From a virus (taxonomy: Duplodnaviria; Heunggongvirae; Uroviricota; Caudoviricetes): a stretch of 64,000 bases of DNA. Position numbers and translations under genes: made by a program. Where the stretch lies: IMG/VR virus record IMGVR_UViG_2675903313_000009. One strand, given 5' to 3'. Shown piece by piece: positions 58,342 to 64,000 of the stretch (position 1 is the stretch's first letter; every line of letters begins with the position of its first letter). Under the pieces are notes generated by a model, which saw only the letters and a list, made by a program, of their open reading frames with translations, was not told the origin of the DNA and did not search any database.

Positions 58342-59211
58342 ATGAACTTTACCAAACTGACTGACCACCTGAAACTTGCCACCGATCGACTCATTGGATT
58401 TAAGCCAGAACCATATGAGTTGCATGAAGGCCATGGTGTAGCCACTGAAAGTATTTACAAGATGGTCGATCAGTTTCATGAACTCTTCCAGCATCCGAGA
58501 CGCGTTATGCCGACACCAGAGCTGCTTCGTCTCCGTGCAAGCCTGATTCATGAAGAAGCTGTAGTGGAAGGTATTCCAGCCGCAATGAATGGGGATATTG
58601 AGCAACTGCTGGATGCAATGGCCGACTTTTTATACGTTGGTGTTGGTACGATGGTCGCCATCAAAGGTGGTATTTCTACCGGCATGACTTATTACACGCA
58701 GGAACAGAGCATTGATCGCTTTATGCAGACAATTTTTGTGCCTGGTAACACTGTTTTCGATGATATGGCAATGCCATTTCAGGAAGCTCGTGAGGCGTCA
58801 TGTATGCTCGAAGAGCTGGCAGATAAACTTGAGAACAAGACTGTTAAGGATTCTGAGCTGATTCAGGAACTGCGCCGTGTAATGAACAAAATCTATGTGG
58901 CGTGCATGATGACCTATCGACTGGCTGATTTCCTCGGTATCAATGTCGTCGAGCTGGTTGGCGAAATTCATCGGTCCAACATGACAAAATTATGGCCTGC
59001 AGATGCCAAAGAGCGTCGCCATGCTGTGGCCAACTGCAAATACGACTCTTCTGACCTGGGATTTCGCCATGCTGATGGCACCGATAAGATGATCGGTTTT
59101 CGAATTTCCGATGGAAAGATTCTGAAGTCTCCAACCTATAGTGATGTCGATTTATCCTCCTTTGTTGAGCAAGCTAAAGCCTCAGCAATGTACGGAATGA
59201 TCAAAAAATAA
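58342..59211 (+). CDS. Hypothetical protein (289 aa); N-terminal region with MazG/HisE-like acidic pattern
   Basis: E-rich helices (LIHEEAVVEGIPAAMNGDIEQLLDAMADFLYV) resemble all-alpha NTP pyrophosphohydrolases; tentative. Confidence 0.35.
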   Translation: MNFTKLTDHLKLATDRLIGFKPEPYELHEGHGVATESIYKMVDQFHELFQHPRRVMPTPELLRLRASLIHEEAVVEGIPAAMNGDIEQLLDAMADFLYVGVGTMVAIKGGISTGMTYYTQEQSIDRFMQTIFVPGNTVFDDMAMPFQEAREASCMLEELADKLENKTVKDSELIQELRRVMNKIYVACMMTYRLADFLGINVVELVGEIHRSNMTKLWPADAKERRHAVANCKYDSSDLGFRHADGTDKMIGFRISDGKILKSPTYSDVDLSSFVEQAKASAMYGMIKK

Positions 59212-59355
59212 TTGTAGGTAGTTATCTATCTGTGTATATTGCGTTGGCGCGTTAAATTTCTGAAACAACTATTCGTTTTTGGTGGCCTGTGGCCACCATT
59301 TTTTTATCTATCTGGTCTTGTTCTCTCAATAAATGTAAACTCACACAATGAATAA

Positions 59356-60486
59356 GTGATTACTTATCTTTGTGAGGTTTTTGTGTCACTCCTTTTGAAT
59401 CGTGAGCATACGAACGGTCAGGTAACAAACGCATCGTATGCAAAAGTTATTGAGACGGTGCTTAAAAGCGGCGTGCAGGCTGATGATCGCACAGGCACTG
59501 GTACTTTAAGCACCTGCTACGTTCCCTCTTACTACATGCTTACTGGTGGGACTGTGCCGCTTATTTCTGGAAAGGCGGTAAATCTTAAGCCACTACTTGT
59601 CGAACTTGAGTGGTATCTGAAAGGCACGGGCAACATCCAATTTCTCAAGGATAACGGCGTTAAGATTTGGGATGCATGGGCCGATGAGAATGGCGATTTG
59701 GGGCCGGTTTACGGTAAGCAGTGGCGTCGATGGGAAGATACCCGCATCGTGAGCCATAGTGAATATCTGAGCAAGATCGATACTTTCCGTGAACGCGGGT
59801 ACAAAGTCGAGGGATACCTGGGTATCAGTGAAGATCGCGTAGTGCTGTCCCGTGAAATCGATCAGCTACAGCGTATTGTCGATACACTGCGCACGAACCC
59901 TACCGATCGTCGCATCATGCTTAACGCATGGAACGTAGGCGAGCTTGAGGATATGAAACTGCCACCTTGCCACTTTGTCTTCTCTTTGTGGAGTCGTGAG
60001 CTTGATTTTGAAACCCGTTTAACGATGGCAACTGACATTGGTCTTCAACACAGTCGCCTCGGTTATGAGTCTATCTACACCAAGATGCTATACGATCTGG
60101 AGATGGACGGCAGTGTTACTGAAACTGAACTGGATGAACTTGGAATCCCCAAACGCATCCTCAACTCCTGCCTCGTACAGCGTAGCGTAGACACTTTTGT
60201 TGGTATGCCATTCAATATTGCTGGCTATGGCATTCTCACTCATTTTCTCGCGAAGATTACGGGTCACATGGCCGGTGCATTTGTGCATTTTGGCTTTGAC
60301 GTGCATTTGTACAACAACCACATGGAAGGTGTGTGTGAGCTAATGCAACGACAGGCTCCAGAGCATTCAGATCCGGTCGTTATATTCCCTAATGAATGGT
60401 CTGAGCTGGATGATTTCAAATGGGACGAGATTCTTATTCTTGGCTATGCCCCTCTACCGTGGATCAAGGTTCCAGTGGCGGTGTGA
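59356..60486 (+). CDS. thyA: Thymidylate synthase family enzyme with two insertions
   Basis: Blocks DRTGTGTLS, WDAWADENGDLGPVYGKQWRRW, NAWNVGELEDMKLPPCHFVF, GMPFNIAGYGILTHF match ThyA; 376 aa versus about 264 aa; GTG at 59383 after a GAGG RBS is a likelier start. Confidence 0.8.
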   Translation: MITYLCEVFVSLLLNREHTNGQVTNASYAKVIETVLKSGVQADDRTGTGTLSTCYVPSYYMLTGGTVPLISGKAVNLKPLLVELEWYLKGTGNIQFLKDNGVKIWDAWADENGDLGPVYGKQWRRWEDTRIVSHSEYLSKIDTFRERGYKVEGYLGISEDRVVLSREIDQLQRIVDTLRTNPTDRRIMLNAWNVGELEDMKLPPCHFVFSLWSRELDFETRLTMATDIGLQHSRLGYESIYTKMLYDLEMDGSVTETELDELGIPKRILNSCLVQRSVDTFVGMPFNIAGYGILTHFLAKITGHMAGAFVHFGFDVHLYNNHMEGVCELMQRQAPEHSDPVVIFPNEWSELDDFKWDEILILGYAPLPWIKVPVAV

Positions 60487-60487
60487 T

Positions 60488-60901
60488 ATGGCAAGAGGTA
60501 TGTATGTCTTATGCGAAATTGAAGGTGTGCTGGCAAATACCAGCCATCGTAAATCTGTATCTGACTCGGATGCAGGCCAATTCATTGCCGGTGATGAACT
60601 CATTTTCCCCACCAGCCGTATGTTGCGTGGTTTTGCTCGCTCAGGGGCTGAAGTGGTGCTTATCAGTAGCCGCTCTGAAACTCTTGAAGCGCCCACTAAA
60701 CGATGGCTGAAAGATTTTGGTGTTGATTACGACTGGCTTCATCTCGTACCGAATAGCACTAGTTATGAGAAGCATATTAAGCGCACATTAGCGGAGCATA
60801 AAGGCGATCTGCTTATCGCTGCGCTGGTGCACGATCCTCGACTCCGTGCCGCTTTAGCTGACTCTCATCATAGACCGGTCATCTATGAGGTGAGCATATG
60901 A
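60488..60901 (+). CDS. Hypothetical protein (137 aa)
   Basis: Internal ATG of track ORF 60392-60901, immediately after the thyA stop; no motif recognised. Confidence 0.45.
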   Translation: MARGMYVLCEIEGVLANTSHRKSVSDSDAGQFIAGDELIFPTSRMLRGFARSGAEVVLISSRSETLEAPTKRWLKDFGVDYDWLHLVPNSTSYEKHIKRTLAEHKGDLLIAALVHDPRLRAALADSHHRPVIYEVSI

Positions 60902-61374
60902 AGATGATAGCTGCTGTTGGCCGTAACTATGAGATCGGCATAGCGAACGAACTGCCCTGGCGTTGTTCTACCGATCTGAAGCTATTTAAGAGACTCACCA
61001 AAAACGCCACTGTCGTTATGGGGCGTAAAACGATGGAAAGTCTCAAACGCCCTCTTCCAGAGCGTCATAACCTCGTTTTGACGCGCTCGCATGGCTTTGT
61101 ACCAAATGGATTCTACCCTGCTGGTGTGGATGATGTGCTACGATTACCAGAGCCTGTGTGGGTGATTGGCGGGGAACAAATTTACTCGCTATTCATGCCG
61201 CATGTTGAAGAGATTTGGCTCTCTCACATCGGCGTTGATGTACCAAACGCCGATGCATTCTTCCCGACAAGCATGATGCGTAACTTAGGCTTTGTGCCTG
61301 TTGAAACAGTTTTTACCCAACGAGCCAGCGAGGAAGAGCCTGGCTTTTCGCAGATCGTATACAGAAGGTCGTAA
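60898..61374 (+). CDS. Dihydrofolate reductase
   Basis: 158 aa; N-terminus MIAAVGRNYEIGIANELPWR and size typical of DHFR; sits beside thyA. Confidence 0.85.
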   Translation: MKMIAAVGRNYEIGIANELPWRCSTDLKLFKRLTKNATVVMGRKTMESLKRPLPERHNLVLTRSHGFVPNGFYPAGVDDVLRLPEPVWVIGGEQIYSLFMPHVEEIWLSHIGVDVPNADAFFPTSMMRNLGFVPVETVFTQRASEEEPGFSQIVYRRS

Positions 61375-62018
61375 TGGATTACCGGATTGGGATCACTGGT
61401 GCTCAGGGCAGTGGGAAAACAACCCTGGCAAAATATATCGACAAACATTACGGAATCCCTTACGTGGATGCTGGGGTCGGAAGTTTGATGAGCCGACTCG
61501 GTGTTCGAGTAGGTGAGTCTATGCCTCTATATGAGCGGCTTCAGATTCAAATGGAAATAGCAAAGCATATAGAGCTACTTACGCGTGGTGTTGAAGGCTT
61601 TGTTATCGATCGCACACCTGCTGATGTTATGGCCTACACGTTGGATTTGGTCGGCCATACCAATGAAGATCGATGTATTGAGTTAGCCCTCGATATCGAA
61701 AAGTTTTGCCACAAAACTGCTATTTCAAATTTTAACGCCATTGCTGGCCTACGCCCGGGGGTCGCTCTCTCAGAGCGAGATTACTTGCGGTCACAACGAG
61801 CATCATTAGACCGTCTGTATGTCGCTCGTATTGATGCGTTGATGTGCGGGGAACTGACAAAAATTCACCTGCATCCGCAAAGGGGAGATCTGCAAACCTT
61901 CGTCGTTTCCAACCGGTATCGCACAGTTGAAGCAAGAGCCAGATCAGTAATGAGAATGCTCGATAACGCGGTAGAAAAGATAGAAAACCGCTTCTGTGGC
62001 CGAGTAACCGTTCATTAG
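61374..62018 (+). CDS. P-loop nucleotide/nucleoside kinase-like protein
   Basis: Walker A GITGAQGSGKTTLAKYI at the N-terminus; 214 aa; context of nucleotide metabolism genes. Confidence 0.5.
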   Translation: MDYRIGITGAQGSGKTTLAKYIDKHYGIPYVDAGVGSLMSRLGVRVGESMPLYERLQIQMEIAKHIELLTRGVEGFVIDRTPADVMAYTLDLVGHTNEDRCIELALDIEKFCHKTAISNFNAIAGLRPGVALSERDYLRSQRASLDRLYVARIDALMCGELTKIHLHPQRGDLQTFVVSNRYRTVEARARSVMRMLDNAVEKIENRFCGRVTVH

Positions 62019-62079
62019 AAATTGTTCGCCTCTTCGACATTGCGACAATAAAACTCTCAAAATGGGTTAAGGATAAAAA

Positions 62080-62499
62080 ATGTTTAGTGAACTGTTGCTT
62101 GAAGATGAACTGGATCGGAAAACAACAGAGGCTTTGATTCGTGTAGCGGACGAACATTCCCGGTCGCTTATGAGCGATCGAGAGGCTCGTCTGGCTATTC
62201 GTGCCATATTCGAAACTGCGCAGGGGCTTGTTGGTACACAAGTGGGTGAAGCCATTAACATCGCCATGTCTCAGTTCAGTGAAGGCAGTAAAAAGCCTCT
62301 GTTTCCTATGCATTTGATGCTGGCTGGTGGCACGGTGCTTTATATCTCTGTTTGTCTGGATAGCAACCAAATCAATATTCTCAACACTGTGTCAGGTAAG
62401 TGGAAAGATCCGATTGTCTGTGAAACCAGTGAAGAAACTTTGAAAAAAGCGGCTCAATTTGTACGTAGCGCACTACTTAAGGGCGCTAAGAAGTTGTAA
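62080..62499 (+). CDS. Hypothetical protein (139 aa)
   Basis: Track ORF with a GGA-rich RBS. Confidence 0.45.
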   Translation: MFSELLLEDELDRKTTEALIRVADEHSRSLMSDREARLAIRAIFETAQGLVGTQVGEAINIAMSQFSEGSKKPLFPMHLMLAGGTVLYISVCLDSNQINILNTVSGKWKDPIVCETSEETLKKAAQFVRSALLKGAKKL

Positions 62500-62508
62500 G
62501 GAGTTCTG

Positions 62509-63066
62509 ATGACAACGATTGTTGCAGGCATCGATATCGAGTCTACGGGACTGGATTTCCTTGCTGGTCATAAAATTATTGAAATCGCAATTACCCGCTA
62601 TGAACTGGAGACACAGAGACATATTGATAGTCTGGAGATGCGTTTTAACCCTCGCAGAAACATAGATCCGAAAGCTCAAGCCGTTCATGGCATTTCATTG
62701 GAACAGCTCGCAGCTGAACCTTTGTTGTCAAATCATGCCAGCGAAATTGGCGCTTATATGGGGGCATGTAGTGTGTGGGTTGCTCATAACGGCGAAGCAT
62801 TTGATATACCATTTATTCGACACGAGTTTTCAGGGTATGGAGTAAGACTGCCAGAAGTTCCTGTTATAGATACTATGTTATCGGGATTGTGGGCCACAGA
62901 AGACGGTAAACGTCCCCGCCTTGAAGAGTTGGCCTTCTCTCTTGGCTTTATATACGATCATGCCAAAGCACATAGTGCCTTATATGACACAAACTTAATG
63001 ATGCAATGCTTCTTTAAGGCACGTAATAAGTACGGATTTTTTAAATTACCCTCTGAAATTGTGTAA
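62509..63066 (+). CDS. DnaQ-like 3'-5' exonuclease (DEDDh family)
   Basis: Exo I IVAGIDIESTGLD, Exo II WVAHNGEAFDIPFI, Exo III HSALYDT. Confidence 0.75.
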   Translation: MTTIVAGIDIESTGLDFLAGHKIIEIAITRYELETQRHIDSLEMRFNPRRNIDPKAQAVHGISLEQLAAEPLLSNHASEIGAYMGACSVWVAHNGEAFDIPFIRHEFSGYGVRLPEVPVIDTMLSGLWATEDGKRPRLEELAFSLGFIYDHAKAHSALYDTNLMMQCFFKARNKYGFFKLPSEIV

Positions 63067-63074
63067 AACAAAAG

Positions 63075-63115
63075 CCTGCTTTAAAGAGAGTTTGAAGCAG
63101 GCTTTCTTTTAAAGA
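63075..63115 (+). terminator. Rho-independent terminator
   Basis: GCCTGCTT-loop-AAGCAGGC hairpin followed by TTTCTTTT. Confidence 0.6.
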
Positions 63116-63226
63116 ACAGTCGCCTTTCAATCATTTCCTGCCTGTATTTAATACTTTTCCGCCTGATAGGTTTAGTCAAAATGCAGCCATCGAAACGCAA
63201 ATGTAACCAAACAGAAGGAGACTTAC

Positions 63227-64000
63227 ATGAGTTCGGTTGAAAATGTAATGACAAATGATGATCTGGACGAGCTGACAGCCATGTTGCAATCACTTGATGA
63301 ACCAGTAAAAAAAGCTGCACAGGTTGAAAATACTGATGATATTGACGATCTGCTGCTCGGCCTAGATGCTGGCGTAGCCATGAGTTCTGATGATGTTGCC
63401 GAAGAACTGTTCAATGAAGAAAAAGCAGGTGATTTCAGCTCTACTTTAAATGAGTTGGAGTTAGCGCATGAGCCTATAAACGTAATTAACGCTGAAAGTG
63501 TTGAAGCTGCCGAAAACGAGCCAGAACAATTGGGATTTATTGAGGTTGAAGAGTGTGTTGAGGTTAATGATGAATTAAAAGTTCAACAGTCAAATGATAG
63601 CAATACAAATAAAAAAGCTCGTACTGCAAGAGGTCCTCGTTTTACTTTAAGTGATAAAGATGATTCGTTTTTCAATAAAGCGGGCTTAGAAAAAGATATT
63701 TTCTTAGACGCTTACGATAACGCGCCTGTCAAAGCAAAGGATAAGATATTAAACCTTCTTAATTGGTTTAGCGGAGGTCCAGATATTAGTGTTTACACGG
63801 TAATTTCCATGAGACACCTTCTCACAGAAAAGAAGGCTACAAGTAATAGTATTAAGATTGCTTTAATGAGCAATCCAGAAAAACCGTATCCGCTTAACAC
63901 TGCGTCAACTCAGGCTGGGCAAATGATGGCTGTATTTCCAGCGACAGGAATTGCCGTTAGAGACGGTGGAAATCTAACATTGAACGAAGAATCACCGATC
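63227..64000 (+). CDS. Hypothetical acidic protein, 5' part (runs off the window end)
   Basis: AAGGAG RBS then ATG at about 63227; open frame to the window end (at least 257 codons); very acidic N-terminal 110 aa; not in the track because no stop lies in the window. Confidence 0.5.
   Translation, partial: MSSVENVMTNDDLDELTAMLQSLDEPVKKAAQVENTDDIDDLLLGLDAGVAMSSDDVAEELFNEEKAGDFSSTLNELELAHEPINVINAESVEAAENEPEQLGFIEVEECVEVNDELKVQQSNDSNTNKKARTARGPRFTLSDKDDSFFNKAGLEKDIFLDAYDNAPVKAKDKILNLLNWFSGGPDISVYTVISMRHLLTEKKATSNSIKIALMSNPEKPYPLNTASTQAGQMMAVFPATGIAVRDGGNLTLNEESPI

Noticed and set aside
54700-60486. Possible group I intron or homing endonuclease interrupting nrdA, nrdB or thyA
   Set aside because: All three genes are continuous single ORFs with conserved blocks in order; the extra length of ThyA is in-frame protein sequence, not an intron-like non-coding insert.
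61732-62370. 212-aa antisense ORF overlapping the kinase-like gene and gene 62080
   Set aside because: The sense-strand genes have a Walker A motif and RBSs and continue the co-directional operon; the antisense ORF has no start context and is Arg/Leu-rich junk.

Overview
This window reads as about 64 kb of a large temperate siphovirus-type phage that also carries a P1-style plasmid replicon, i.e. a phage-plasmid. The overall gene set resembles SSU5/pHCM2-like elements, but that is from memory of those genomes, not a search. All calls below come from reading the supplied six-frame translations and the DNA; no BLAST, HMM or tRNA-scan was run. Coordinates of CDS follow the ORF track; coordinates of RNAs, hairpins, iterons and motifs were counted by hand and may be off by 1-2 nt. 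Gene order: lambda-like tail tip genes (M fragment, L, K, I, J) and a side tail fibre (1-11150); two unknowns and a lipoprotein; a lysis cassette (12384-13826); ParA/ParG-like partition genes (15378-16405); a terminator-insulated two-gene cassette of unknown function (16450-18408); DnaB-like helicase and primase; a Sel1-repeat secreted protein on the opposite strand; DNA ligase; a chain of overlapping small membrane-protein genes; four tRNAs (Asn, Tyr, Thr, Ser) in a hairpin-rich island; a very AT-rich membrane-protein gene; glutaredoxin, tyrosine integrase and an HTH repressor; a CobT/CobS-like pair; a DnaE-type polymerase; SSB, flap endonuclease and RecA-like recombinase; an SPFH lipoprotein; an iteron-flanked repA with a GATC/DnaA-box origin; SbcCD-like nuclease; RuvC-like resolvase; NrdA/NrdB, ThyA, DHFR, a P-loop kinase and a DnaQ-like exonuclease. 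The best candidates for an undescribed system are (i) the 16450-18408 cassette, (ii) the AT-rich membrane protein at 28842-30104 with the surrounding hairpin/tRNA island, and (iii) the small membrane protein plus SPFH lipoprotein at 44062-45096. Two palindromic intergenic motif families recurring across the window are also reported.
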